A stretch of 51,922 nt of DNA. Origin: Maritimibacter sp. GTDB lineage: Bacteria > Pseudomonadota > Alphaproteobacteria > Rhodobacterales > Rhodobacteraceae. The position numbers and the translations under genes were made by a program. The stretch covers positions 1 to 51,922 of the forward strand of contig JAGRMO010000044.1 in NCBI GenBank assembly GCA_020441205.1, in the 5' to 3' direction. Of this stretch, positions 37,927 through 47,264 are shown in pieces (the stretch's first letter is position 1; every line of letters begins with the position of its first letter). The notes beneath the pieces are model-generated. The model did not search any database, was not told the origin of the DNA, and was given only the letters and a program-made list of their open reading frames with translations.

Positions 37927-38632
37927 CTTCACCTCGCGGGCCGCGGTCGCGCTGGTCCTTCTCCTGCTGCTCGGCACCGCCTTCTGGTCGCTGACCACCG
38001 GCTACAGCGCCGACGCGGCGCTGAACCGGACGGCCGAGTATTACGCCGTCAACACCCCGGCCGAGACCGGAGCGCAGAACGTCGTCACCGCGATCATCGT
38101 CACCTACCGGGGGCTCGATACCCTGGGCGAGGTCACGGTGCTGTTCCTAACCGCCGCCATCGTCGCGCTCGTGCTCGGGCAGTCGAAGGCGCCGCGGGGC
38201 GCGTCGGGCTCGGGCTTCCTGCCCTCGGGCGAACTGCTTCAGACCGGAACCAAGATGCTGCTGCCGCTGATCCTGATGTTCGGCGCCTATATCTTCGTCA
38301 ACGGTCACCTCACCCCCGGCGGCGGCTTCCAGGGCGGGGCGGTGCTCGCGTCGGGCATGCTGCTTCTGCTGCTCGCCGATCCCGGCAAGCGGTTCCGCAA
38401 GGCGGTGATTCACCGGGTCGAGAGCCTGTCGGGCCTGTTCTACGTGCTGATCGGGCTTGCCGGCATGGCCTGGGCCGGCGGCTTCCTCGACAACCGGATC
38501 CTGCCGCTCGGCCAGTTCGGCCAGATCCTGTCGGCTGGGGCGATCCCGCTCATCTACACGCTCATCGGGCTCAAGGTCGGGGCCGAGTTCAGCTCGATCC
38601 TCGAAAGCCTCGAAGAAACGGAGGATGCGTGA
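37916..38632 (+). CDS. MnhB-domain subunit (MbhE+F-like fusion; MbxF/MbsE)
   Basis: NVVTAIIVTYRGLDTLGE, GHLTPGGGFQGG, IGLKVG. Confidence 0.9.
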   Translation: MTSNFTSRAAVALVLLLLLGTAFWSLTTGYSADAALNRTAEYYAVNTPAETGAQNVVTAIIVTYRGLDTLGEVTVLFLTAAIVALVLGQSKAPRGASGSGFLPSGELLQTGTKMLLPLILMFGAYIFVNGHLTPGGGFQGGAVLASGMLLLLLADPGKRFRKAVIHRVESLSGLFYVLIGLAGMAWAGGFLDNRILPLGQFGQILSAGAIPLIYTLIGLKVGAEFSSILESLEETEDA

Positions 38633-38991
38633 TGCTCCCGCAAATCGCCATGGCCACGGGCTTCGTGCTGATCCTCATGGGGCTCTACGGCGCGCTCACG
38701 CATCGCAACATCCTCAGGATGATCGTGGGATTCACCATCGCCGACACCGGGGTCAACGTGGTGCTGGTCTCGGTCGGCTACCTGCCCGGCCGCACCGCAC
38801 CGATCCTCGATAGCGCGGTGCCGGTGGCCGATGCCGCCACCCGGATCATCGACCCGGTGCCGCAGGCGCTCGTTCTCACCGCGATCGTCATCGGCCTCGG
38901 GGTCACCGCGCTGATGCTCGCCTATGCCTACCGGCTGTTCCGTGCGCGCCACAGCCTCGACATCTCGAACTTCACGGAGCTGAAATGGTAA
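38629..38991 (+). CDS. Mrp subunit C-like (MbxG/MnhC)
   Basis: GLYGALTHRNILRMI, DPVPQALVLTAIVIG. Confidence 0.9.
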   Translation: MMLPQIAMATGFVLILMGLYGALTHRNILRMIVGFTIADTGVNVVLVSVGYLPGRTAPILDSAVPVADAATRIIDPVPQALVLTAIVIGLGVTALMLAYAYRLFRARHSLDISNFTELKW

Positions 38992-41900
38992 GCGCAATCT
39001 TCATCATTGCGGTCGGCCTCGGCACCGCGTTCCTGCTCGGCCTGGTGAAATCCGACCAGAAGGGTTTTGCCTTCACCCTGACCGTCGCCGCACTCGCGGT
39101 GATGACCTGGATCGCCTACGACTGGACGGTGGCGCTGTCGCGCGGGACGGTCGAACCGGCGACGATCCTCACTGCCGGCACCCAGCCGCCGTTCGCGATC
39201 AACCTGCACATCGGTCTCGCCGAGGCCTGGCTGCTCACGGTGATCAACGCCACCGGCCTGCTCGCCGCCTTCTACATGCGCGCGGCGCTGTGCCGGCTCG
39301 GCAAGGGGGCGATGTCGGTGCTGCTCGTCATGGTGATGGCGCTGTCGGGCCTCGTGCTCACCCGCGACGTCTTCAACCTCTTCGTGTTCTTCGAACTCAT
39401 CGTGATCGCCACCGGCGGGCTGGTGCTGCTCTCGGAAGACGCCCGCGCCGTGGCGGCCGGGTTCAAATACCTCGTGGTCAGCCAGATCGTGTCGATCCTT
39501 TTGCTGATCGGCATCATCTTCACCTACCACGCCAACGGCTCGCTCAACATCGACGACATCGCCGCCGTGCCCTTCGGGCTCCAGGGCGCGTCGCTCGCGA
39601 TGTTCCTCGTGCTCATGGCGCTGGTTCTGGAGCTGAAACCGTTCCCGGCCAACGGCTGGGCGCTCGACATCTATGAATCCGCCCATCCCGGCTTCTCGGC
39701 GATCTTCTCCGCCGCCTCGGGCACCGCCGCGCTGTTCGCGGCCGACAAGCTCGTCGCCGCCGCCGGGCCCGCGTGGCTTCCGTTGATGACGGTCATCGGC
39801 CTCTTCACCTTCCTCGGCTCCAACGTGCTCGCGCTCAAGCAGGACAACGATCGCCGGCTGCTCGGCTATTCCTCGGTCGCGCAGATCGGTCTCGTGTTCG
39901 CCATCGTGGGTCAGCGCGACATTCTGGGCGAAGGCTACCTGTTCGTCGCGGGCGGCGTGCTCATCACCCATGCGGTGGCCAAGGCGGGGCTCTACTGGAT
40001 CTCGGGTCTCGTGCCAGGGCGCGGGCTCGCCGACTGGGCGATCCTGCGCGCGAACCCGGTGCTCGTCTTCGCCTTCGCGAGCTTCGTCGCGATGCTCGTG
40101 GGCCTGCCGCCGTTCCCGGGCTTCTATGCCAAATGGGATCTGATGCACGCGCTCGCGGGCTCCGGCCGGTTCTGGATCATGGCGCTCATTCTCGCGGGCG
40201 CGCTCGTCGAGGCGGGCTACATGTTCAGGTTCTTCGGCTATGCGATCAAGCGCGAGACGCAGGAGCGGTTCCCCGGCTTCGCGGTCGACAAGGTGGCCGT
40301 CGTCGTCGCCGCGCTGGCGGCGGGCTGGGCGCTGGGCTTCGTCTGGGGCGGCATTTCGCTCAACCCGAACCTTCTCACCCTGGTGCCTGTGCTGTTCGCA
40401 CTCCTGTTCATCGTGCTCGAGCCGCTGCCGGCCTGGGTGAAGAACATCATCGCCATCGTCGGGCTCGTCGGTTGGTTCTGGTTCCGGATGGGCAATTACG
40501 ACCCGTTGCAGATGATCTTCGCCGCGGTGATGCTGGTGGGCGGCGCGGTGATCCTGATCGCCTCGTTCTACGAACACGGGCGGCGGATCGGCTTCTACGT
40601 GCCGACGATGCTGATGTATGCGGGCCTCGCCCTGCTGATCGAGGCGCAGACCTCGTTCGACTTCTTCGCCGCCTGGGAAGTGCTCACCATCGGCTCCTAC
40701 TTCCTGATCCTGCGCGGGCGGATGGGCGAGCCTCATGCGCTCTCCTATATCCTGTTCTCGCTGGGCGGCGCGTTCCTGATCCTCGCGGGCTTCGCCCTCG
40801 CCTCGACCGGGGTGCAGCCGTTCGAACTCAAATCCGGGCTTTCCGCCATCGCCGAGGCTTCGGTGCCGGCGGCGCCGTGGGTGTTCGCGCTGCTTGCCGT
40901 CGGCTTCATGACCAAGACCGCCTCGATCGGTCTCCACATCTGGTTGCCGGGGGCGCATGCCGAGGCCGAGACCGACGTTTCGCCGATGGTCTCGGGCATC
41001 CTGCTCAAGGCCGGGCTCTACGGGCTGTTCCTCCTGGTGATGACCATGGGACGGCAGAAGATCGGCAGCATCGACCTCACCGAGGTGCTGGTCTGGATCG
41101 GCGCGATCTCGGCGCTCCTGGGTGGCGTGATGGCGATCTTCCAGGAAGACGCGAAACGGCTCCTGGCCTATTCGTCGATCAGCCAGCTCGGCTACGCGGT
41201 GTTCGGCCTCGCGCTGATGAACCACGTCGGCTGGCTGCTCGCGCTGATGTTCGTCATCAACCACTATATCTACAAGTCGATGCTGTTCCTCGCCGTCGGC
41301 GGCGTCTACAAGCGCACCGGCACCAAGCTCATGTACAAGATGGGCGGGCTCATCACGCTGATGCCCTTCACCTTCGTTTCGGTGCTGATCGGCATCATCG
41401 CGATGTCGGGCGTGCCGCCGCTGTCGGGCTTCGGTGGACGGTGGCTGTTCTACAACGCGATCATGGCTTCCGATCTGCGCCTGCCGATGGTTCTGATCTT
41501 CATCTCCGGCCCGATCGGCTTCCTCTACCTGTTCCGGCTGATCCACACGATCTTCTTCGGCCAGCTCAAGGACGAGCACCGCAAGCTCAAGGAAGCGCCG
41601 GTCTGGCTCGTCATCCCGCAGATGATGTTCGTGCTGGCGCTCCTCGCCTTCGCGGTGCTGCCCGGCATGGCGCTGCAGAAGGTCGACGCCTATATCGGCA
41701 CGTTCTTCGGCGACCAGCCGCTGGTCTGGTCGGGCCGGGCGATCACGTCCACCTATGGCTACTGGAGCCCGGTGGCAGTGATGGTGGTGATCGGGGTGAT
41801 CTTCGTCGCCGTGTTGCTGCTGCTCATGTCGATGGGCCTCAACGCCCAGAAGGTGAAGCAGTTCAACATCGTGTTCTCGGCCGAGCGGCCGTTCAAACCG

Positions 41901-42125
41901 CAGACCACCCATTTCGCCTGGAACTTCTTCGCCCCCTACCGCAAGGCGGTGGGCTTCCTGGTGATGCCGCTGGTCACCACGTTCTGGGGCGCGGTCACCG
42001 ATACGCTGCACAGCACCGCCGATTTCACCCGACGGCTCTATACCGGCAACGGCCAGACCTACGCGGTACAGGTGCTCGTGTTCGTGGTCGCGGTCTACCT
42101 CATCGTCCTTGGAGGCGCGCAATGA
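38985..42125 (+). CDS. Fused double antiporter-like subunit (MbxH-H', two MrpD/NuoN-type modules)
   Basis: Module 1: DVFNLFVFFE, LKPFPANGW, RLLGYSSVAQIG, GLPPFPGFYAK. Module 2: DFFAAWE, KTASIGLHIWLPGAH, KRLLAYSSISQLG, GVPPLSGF. Single 1046-aa frame. Confidence 0.88.
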   Translation: MVSAIFIIAVGLGTAFLLGLVKSDQKGFAFTLTVAALAVMTWIAYDWTVALSRGTVEPATILTAGTQPPFAINLHIGLAEAWLLTVINATGLLAAFYMRAALCRLGKGAMSVLLVMVMALSGLVLTRDVFNLFVFFELIVIATGGLVLLSEDARAVAAGFKYLVVSQIVSILLLIGIIFTYHANGSLNIDDIAAVPFGLQGASLAMFLVLMALVLELKPFPANGWALDIYESAHPGFSAIFSAASGTAALFAADKLVAAAGPAWLPLMTVIGLFTFLGSNVLALKQDNDRRLLGYSSVAQIGLVFAIVGQRDILGEGYLFVAGGVLITHAVAKAGLYWISGLVPGRGLADWAILRANPVLVFAFASFVAMLVGLPPFPGFYAKWDLMHALAGSGRFWIMALILAGALVEAGYMFRFFGYAIKRETQERFPGFAVDKVAVVVAALAAGWALGFVWGGISLNPNLLTLVPVLFALLFIVLEPLPAWVKNIIAIVGLVGWFWFRMGNYDPLQMIFAAVMLVGGAVILIASFYEHGRRIGFYVPTMLMYAGLALLIEAQTSFDFFAAWEVLTIGSYFLILRGRMGEPHALSYILFSLGGAFLILAGFALASTGVQPFELKSGLSAIAEASVPAAPWVFALLAVGFMTKTASIGLHIWLPGAHAEAETDVSPMVSGILLKAGLYGLFLLVMTMGRQKIGSIDLTEVLVWIGAISALLGGVMAIFQEDAKRLLAYSSISQLGYAVFGLALMNHVGWLLALMFVINHYIYKSMLFLAVGGVYKRTGTKLMYKMGGLITLMPFTFVSVLIGIIAMSGVPPLSGFGGRWLFYNAIMASDLRLPMVLIFISGPIGFLYLFRLIHTIFFGQLKDEHRKLKEAPVWLVIPQMMFVLALLAFAVLPGMALQKVDAYIGTFFGDQPLVWSGRAITSTYGYWSPVAVMVVIGVIFVAVLLLLMSMGLNAQKVKQFNIVFSAERPFKPQTTHFAWNFFAPYRKAVGFLVMPLVTTFWGAVTDTLHSTADFTRRLYTGNGQTYAVQVLVFVVAVYLIVLGGAQ

Positions 42126-43027
42126 CCTTTCAATGGATCCAGATCCCCTACGCGCTGCTCACGCTGTTCATCATCCTCAACTACGGGATGCTGATGACGG
42201 CGCTGATCCAGAAGATCGGCGCGCGGGTCGGGGGGCGCTACGGCATCCCGATCTGGCAGAATTACATCGACCTGCTGAAAAACATCGCGCTCAGATCCAA
42301 GATCAGCCACGGGGTGATGTTCTACCTCGGCCCGGTGTTCCGGCTTACCGGCGGGATCGGGCTCATCTTGTTCGTGCCGACGATTTACGGCTCGGTGATG
42401 CACCAGAACTTCTCGTTCGCGGGCGACCTGATCCTCGCGCTCTACTTCGTGTTCTTCGGCACGCTGGGGATGGCCTTGGGGGCGGCGGAGAGCGGGCATC
42501 CGCATTCGGCCATCGGCGTCTCGCGCGGTCTCAGCCAGGTGACGGCCGCCGAGCTTCCGCTGGCGCTCGGCGTGTTCGCGATCTCGCTGCAATACCAGAC
42601 GCTCAACATCACCGATATCGTGGCGGCGCAGCAGGGTTCGATCTTCAACTGGACGCTGTTCACCAACCCGCTCGCAACCGTGGCCGCGATGTTCGCCTTC
42701 GTCGGCACGATGATGCGGGCACCGTTCGACGTGGTGCTGGCGCCGCAGGAGATCCCGATCGGCCCGCCGACCGAATACCATTCGTCGTATCTCGCGCTGA
42801 TGCAGACCAACCGGGTGCTCTACCCGATCGCCAAGACGGTCATCTACATGAACCTGTTCTTCGGCGGGGCGACGTCCTGGCCCGAGTTCTTCGTCAAGAT
42901 CTTCGCGATCTACATGGTCTCGGTGTTCATCGGCGTGGTCTACCCGCGGTTCCGGGTCGAGCAATCGATCCAGTTCTTCCTCAAATGGGGTCTGCCGGTC
43001 GGCGTCCTCGCAATCCTGATGGTGTAA
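42122..43027 (+). CDS. NuoH-like membrane subunit (MbxM)
   Basis: True start ATG 42122: KIGARVGGRYG, WQNYIDLLK, RAPFD..AP.E...GP.TEY, YPRFRVEQ. Confidence 0.88.
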   Translation: MTFQWIQIPYALLTLFIILNYGMLMTALIQKIGARVGGRYGIPIWQNYIDLLKNIALRSKISHGVMFYLGPVFRLTGGIGLILFVPTIYGSVMHQNFSFAGDLILALYFVFFGTLGMALGAAESGHPHSAIGVSRGLSQVTAAELPLALGVFAISLQYQTLNITDIVAAQQGSIFNWTLFTNPLATVAAMFAFVGTMMRAPFDVVLAPQEIPIGPPTEYHSSYLALMQTNRVLYPIAKTVIYMNLFFGGATSWPEFFVKIFAIYMVSVFIGVVYPRFRVEQSIQFFLKWGLPVGVLAILMV

Positions 43028-43031
43028 GCTC

Positions 43032-43724
43032 ATGAAAGATATGGACAAGTCCTTCAGGAAGGACACCGAGACCGAGTTTCCCCTGCGCGAAGAGATGCGG
43101 CCGCGCACGGTGACCGCGCCCGACGGGCAGGTGATCGAGATCGACCCGCTTCGCGATTATTTCTGCGAGGAGGCGCCGAAGGTTCACCGCAAATCCTACT
43201 CGGCCATCGTCGAGGGGTTCTACAACTGGGCGCGGGCCAATTCGCTCTGGATCCTCGGCTTCGGCACGGGGTGCGGCGCGATCGAGATGCGGCCCCTGAT
43301 GACGCCCCGGTTCGACGCCTACCGCTACGGCATCCAGTGGCGGCCGACGCCGCGGCAGGCGAACCTGCTCATCATCTCGGGCTATCTCTCGGTCAAGACG
43401 CTCAAGCGCGCGATCCGCGCCTACGAGCAGATGCAGCAGCCCAAGTTCGTCGTCGGTCTCGGCTCCTGCACGATCAACGGCGGCATGTACTGGGACAGCT
43501 ACAACACGATCAAGCGGCTCGACGATTACCTGCCGGTCGATCTCTACATCGCCGGCTGCATGCCGCGGCCGGAAGCGCTGCTCGCCGGGCTCATGGAGCT
43601 CAAGAAGATCATCCGCCGCGGCGAGGCGGAGGGGGCGAACAAATACGCCGAGAATTTCGACTGGTACAAGGCCAACCAGAAGTCCGTGATCAAGGACTGG
43701 GACATGCCGGATTACAGCTGGTGA
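43032..43724 (+). CDS. NuoB-like Fe-S subunit (MbxJ)
   Basis: WARANSLW..FGTGCGAIEM, PTPRQA, YEQMQQPKFVVGLGSCTINGGMY.DSY, PVDLYIAGCMPRPE. Confidence 0.9.
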   Translation: MKDMDKSFRKDTETEFPLREEMRPRTVTAPDGQVIEIDPLRDYFCEEAPKVHRKSYSAIVEGFYNWARANSLWILGFGTGCGAIEMRPLMTPRFDAYRYGIQWRPTPRQANLLIISGYLSVKTLKRAIRAYEQMQQPKFVVGLGSCTINGGMYWDSYNTIKRLDDYLPVDLYIAGCMPRPEALLAGLMELKKIIRRGEAEGANKYAENFDWYKANQKSVIKDWDMPDYSW

Positions 43725-44263
43725 TGGATATGCGTGAACTGATCGAACGACTGACCTCCCGCCATAAGCTCGGCGCGCCCATTTTCCAGCGCCCCGACCT
43801 CACCTTCGTCGATCTCACCGACAACGACCGCCTGCGCGCGCTGCTCGTCGAGCTGCGCGACATCGAGGGGTTCACCCATCTCGTGCTGCTCACCGCCGTC
43901 GACTGGATCGAGGAGGGCAAATTCCAGCTCACCTACATGCTCAACAACCGCGCGGCCAATCAGACGCTGGGGCTGCGGGTCTATCTCGAGCGCAAGGATC
44001 CCGTCGAGTTCACCTCGATCCACGATATCTGGCCCACGGCCGAGACCTACCAGCGCGAGTTGCGCGAGATGTTCGGGATCAACTTCCCGGGTTCCCCCCG
44101 GGTGATGGACGAGTTCATCCTCGAAGGCTGGACCGACATGCCGCCCTACCGGCGCGATTTCGATACGCTCGCCTACAGCCAGCAGACCTACCGCGACCGT
44201 CCGGGCCGGGCCACGAACGATCCGCGCGACCACATGAAATCCAAAATGTATCCGGAGGGTTGA
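43724..44263 (+). CDS. NuoC-like subunit (MbxK)
   Basis: True start ATG 43724: LTAVDW, FQLTY, SIHDIWPTA..YQRELREMFGINFPGSP, PPYRRDF. Confidence 0.88.
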   Translation: MDMRELIERLTSRHKLGAPIFQRPDLTFVDLTDNDRLRALLVELRDIEGFTHLVLLTAVDWIEEGKFQLTYMLNNRAANQTLGLRVYLERKDPVEFTSIHDIWPTAETYQRELREMFGINFPGSPRVMDEFILEGWTDMPPYRRDFDTLAYSQQTYRDRPGRATNDPRDHMKSKMYPEG

Positions 44264-44268
44264 GAGAG

Positions 44269-45447
44269 ATGTTCAGCTTCAATCCCGACCGCAGCCAGTA
44301 TCCCGACGTCGGCCCCGACGGCAAGCTCGAGGTCGATCTCGAGACCGGCAAGTATCTCAAGCTCTGGCACGGGCCGAACCATCCGGGCATCACCGGCAAC
44401 ATGTCGGTCGAGATCACCGTCGATGGCGACGAGGTGGTCGAGGGCAAGACGCATGTGGGCTATCTGCACCGCGGCTTCGAGAAGCTGATGGAGCGGCGCA
44501 CCTTCATCCAGGTGTTCCCGATCGTCTGCCGGGTCTGTGTGCCCGAGCCCGATTTCAACGAATATTGCTATGCGGCCGCGGTCGAGGAGCTGGCGGGCAT
44601 CGAGGTGCCGGAACAGGCGCAGTGGATCCGCACGCTCATTCTCGAGATGGGCCGGTTCAATTCCTACATGATGGCGATGGGCGGCATCGCCGGGGCGCTC
44701 GGTTCGGGCGTCATCGGCCAGTGGATGACCTATGTGCGCGATCTGATGCTCGACCGGTTCGAAGAGATGACCGGGGCGCGGATCTACCACATGTTCATCC
44801 TGCCGGGCGGGGTTCGGGCGGGTCTGCCCGAGGGTTTCGCCGGGCGGATGGAAGAGGTGCTGCGCACCGCCGAGAAATACCTCGCCGATGTCGACAAAGT
44901 GCTGTTCACCAATGCGGTGTTCAAGAAGCGCACCAAGGGCGTGGGCTATATCGACCCGGCCCTGTTCGAACCCTACGGCGTGACCGGCCCCAACGCGCGG
45001 GCCGGCGGCGTGGCCAAGGATCTGCGCAAGGACGCGCCCTATCTCGTCTACGACCAGCTCGATTTCGAGGTGGTCACCGAGACCGCAAGCGACATCTGGG
45101 CGCGCGCGATGGTGCGGCGGCGCGATATCGACGTGTCGATCTCGCTCATCCGCCAGATCCTCGCCAAAATGCCGACCGAGGGGCCGGTGATGACGGCGCT
45201 GCCTAACGTGCTGCACTGGAAGATCCCGCGCGGTGAGACCTATATCAAGGGCGAGAGCTCGCGCGGCGAATACGGCTATTATCTGGTGACCGACGGGTCG
45301 GGCTACCCGCGGCGCGTCAACGTCCGGGGGCCGAGCTATACGCATGCGATGGCGCTCCTCGAGCACCTCATCCCCGGCACCAACATTTCGGATATCGCGG
45401 CGCTGATGGTGTCGCTGCACACCTATCCGCCCGAGATCGAGAGGTAA
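44269..45447 (+). CDS. NuoD-like / hydrogenase-large-subunit-like protein lacking the NiFe site (MbxL)
   Basis: GPNHPG, VGYLHRGFEKL, CRVCVPE, FEEMTGARI, GVTGPNARAGG..DLRK, ESSRGEYG, RGPSY; C-terminus LHTYPPEIER has no DPCxxC. Confidence 0.88.
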   Translation: MFSFNPDRSQYPDVGPDGKLEVDLETGKYLKLWHGPNHPGITGNMSVEITVDGDEVVEGKTHVGYLHRGFEKLMERRTFIQVFPIVCRVCVPEPDFNEYCYAAAVEELAGIEVPEQAQWIRTLILEMGRFNSYMMAMGGIAGALGSGVIGQWMTYVRDLMLDRFEEMTGARIYHMFILPGGVRAGLPEGFAGRMEEVLRTAEKYLADVDKVLFTNAVFKKRTKGVGYIDPALFEPYGVTGPNARAGGVAKDLRKDAPYLVYDQLDFEVVTETASDIWARAMVRRRDIDVSISLIRQILAKMPTEGPVMTALPNVLHWKIPRGETYIKGESSRGEYGYYLVTDGSGYPRRVNVRGPSYTHAMALLEHLIPGTNISDIAALMVSLHTYPPEIER

Positions 45448-45452
45448 GAACC

Positions 45453-47264
45453 ATGGGCTTTCGCGACGTTCTTTCTCCCTTCACCGCGTGGAAACACGTG
45501 ATCGACACGCCGGTCACGATCAAGAACCCGATCGGGCGCGAGGCGGCCGAGCGCTACCGCGGCTTCCACCAGAACGATGTCGACAAATGCATCGGCTGTG
45601 GCTCGTGCGAAGACATCTGCCAGAACGCGGCCATCGACATGGTGGCCTTTGCCGAGCCGAAGCCGGGCGACTCGGGCCTGCGTCCCAATATCGACTACGG
45701 CCGCTGCTGCTGGTGCGCGCTCTGCGTCGACGTCTGCATGACCGGTTCGCTCACGATGTCGAACGAATATACCTGGGTCGACAGCGATCCCGACGCCTTC
45801 CGGTTCACGCCCGGCGTGGATGCGAAGCCCTGGGACGATATCGAGAAGGGCTACCAGCGGGCGGGCGAGCGGATGCTGACCGGGCTCGCGCGCCCCGAGA
45901 TGGTCGAGATGGCGCCCGAGGCGCGGGCCGACAATTTCGACGAGATCGTCGCCGGCTACAGCCGCGAACAGGCGGTGCTCGAAGCCGACCGCTGCGTCGA
46001 ATGCGGGCTCTGCGTCGCCACATGCCCGGCGCATATGGACATTCCCGATTACATCGCCGCGATCCGCGAGGGCGATTACGATCTCGGCACCCAGATCCTC
46101 TACGAGACCAACCCGTTCTCGGAGGTCTGCGGCCGGGTCTGCACGCACAAGTGCGAAACGGTCTGCGCCGCTGCGCATGAGGGCGAGCCGATCGCGATCC
46201 GCTGGCTCAAGCGGCACATCATCGACAACGTGTCCGAAGAACGCCGGCTCGAGATCGTCGGCACGCCGCAAGTCGCCTCTTCCGGCCGGAAGGTGGCCGT
46301 CATCGGCGCCGGGCCCGCGGGGCTCACCACGGCCTATGACCTCGCCCGGTCGGGCCACAAGGTGGTGGTCTACGAGGCCAAGGATCAGCCCGGCGGGATG
46401 ACCCGCTACGGCATCCCCGAATACCGGCTGCCCTACGACGCGCTCGACCGTGACATCAATGTCATCAAGGCGCAGGGCGTCGAGATCAAGACCGGCGTGC
46501 GGATCGGCAATGATATCGCGCTCGACAAGCTCAAGGCCGAGAACGACGCCGTCGTGCTCGCCATCGGCCTGCATCTCGGCCGCTCGACCCGGGTGCCGGG
46601 GTCGGACGGCGCCGGCGTGGAAGCCGCCATCGACCTGCTTGCGCGGGTGACGGCGGGCGAGGCGGTACCGGTGCCCGAGAAGGTCGCGGTCATCGGCGGC
46701 GGCAACGTCGCGATGGATATCGCCCGTACGATGGGCCGGCTGCAGATGCAGAAATACGGAAAGGTCGGCGTGACGGTGACCGCGCTTGAGGATTTCGATC
46801 ATTTCCTCGCCGACAAGGAAGAAGTGAAAGAGAGCTTCGAAGAGCAGATCGAGATCCTCGACGGCCGCGGCCCGCAGGAGGTCGTCCGGTTCAAGTCGGG
46901 CAAGCAGAAGGGCATGGTGAAGGGGCTCAAGACCTGGAAAGTGGTCTCGATCTTCGACCGCGACGGCCGCTTCGCGCCGCAGTACGACGAGGGCGACGAG
47001 GTGGTGCACGAGGCCGAGATGGTGATCGAGGCGATCGGCCAGATGGCCGATGTCTCGCTGCTTGGCGCCGAGCTGACCGAGGCGCTGGAATGGAACCGGG
47101 GCCGGATCGCGGTGGATGCCGAGGGGCGCACCTCCGAGGCCTGGCTCTGGGCGGGCGGCGACGCGGTGCGCGGGCCCGACGTGATCCACGCGGTGGCCGA
47201 CGGGCACCGGATCGCGGCGTCGGTGAACGTCGCGCTGATGGCGGGAAAGGAGGCCGGGGCATGA
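45453..47264 (+). CDS. MbxN/NuoI-like 2x[4Fe-4S] domain fused to a GltD/SudA-like FAD-dependent NAD(P)H oxidoreductase
   Basis: RYRGFH, CIGCGSCEDIC, CCWCALCVDVC; then EADRCVEC..CVATCP, NPFSEVCGRVC..KCE..C, VAVIGAGPAGL, YGIPEYRLP, VIGGGNVAMD, AGGD. Confidence 0.9.
   Translation: MGFRDVLSPFTAWKHVIDTPVTIKNPIGREAAERYRGFHQNDVDKCIGCGSCEDICQNAAIDMVAFAEPKPGDSGLRPNIDYGRCCWCALCVDVCMTGSLTMSNEYTWVDSDPDAFRFTPGVDAKPWDDIEKGYQRAGERMLTGLARPEMVEMAPEARADNFDEIVAGYSREQAVLEADRCVECGLCVATCPAHMDIPDYIAAIREGDYDLGTQILYETNPFSEVCGRVCTHKCETVCAAAHEGEPIAIRWLKRHIIDNVSEERRLEIVGTPQVASSGRKVAVIGAGPAGLTTAYDLARSGHKVVVYEAKDQPGGMTRYGIPEYRLPYDALDRDINVIKAQGVEIKTGVRIGNDIALDKLKAENDAVVLAIGLHLGRSTRVPGSDGAGVEAAIDLLARVTAGEAVPVPEKVAVIGGGNVAMDIARTMGRLQMQKYGKVGVTVTALEDFDHFLADKEEVKESFEEQIEILDGRGPQEVVRFKSGKQKGMVKGLKTWKVVSIFDRDGRFAPQYDEGDEVVHEAEMVIEAIGQMADVSLLGAELTEALEWNRGRIAVDAEGRTSEAWLWAGGDAVRGPDVIHAVADGHRIAASVNVALMAGKEAGA

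Noticed and set aside
39773-42121. Apparent 1084-aa protein ending in a NuoH-like domain
   Set aside because: The N-terminal part is an alternative frame over the antiporter gene; the real start is ATG 42122 after a GGAGG RBS.
44269-45447. Group 4 [NiFe]-hydrogenase large subunit
   Set aside because: The C-terminal DPCxxC Ni-binding motif is absent and there are no maturation genes in the window.
42122-47264. Canonical complex I (nuo) operon
   Set aside because: No nuoA/E/F/G/J; the gene order and Mrp E/F/G subunits match mbx; the NuoB CC and NuoD quinone-binding motifs are missing. nuo symbols were therefore not assigned.
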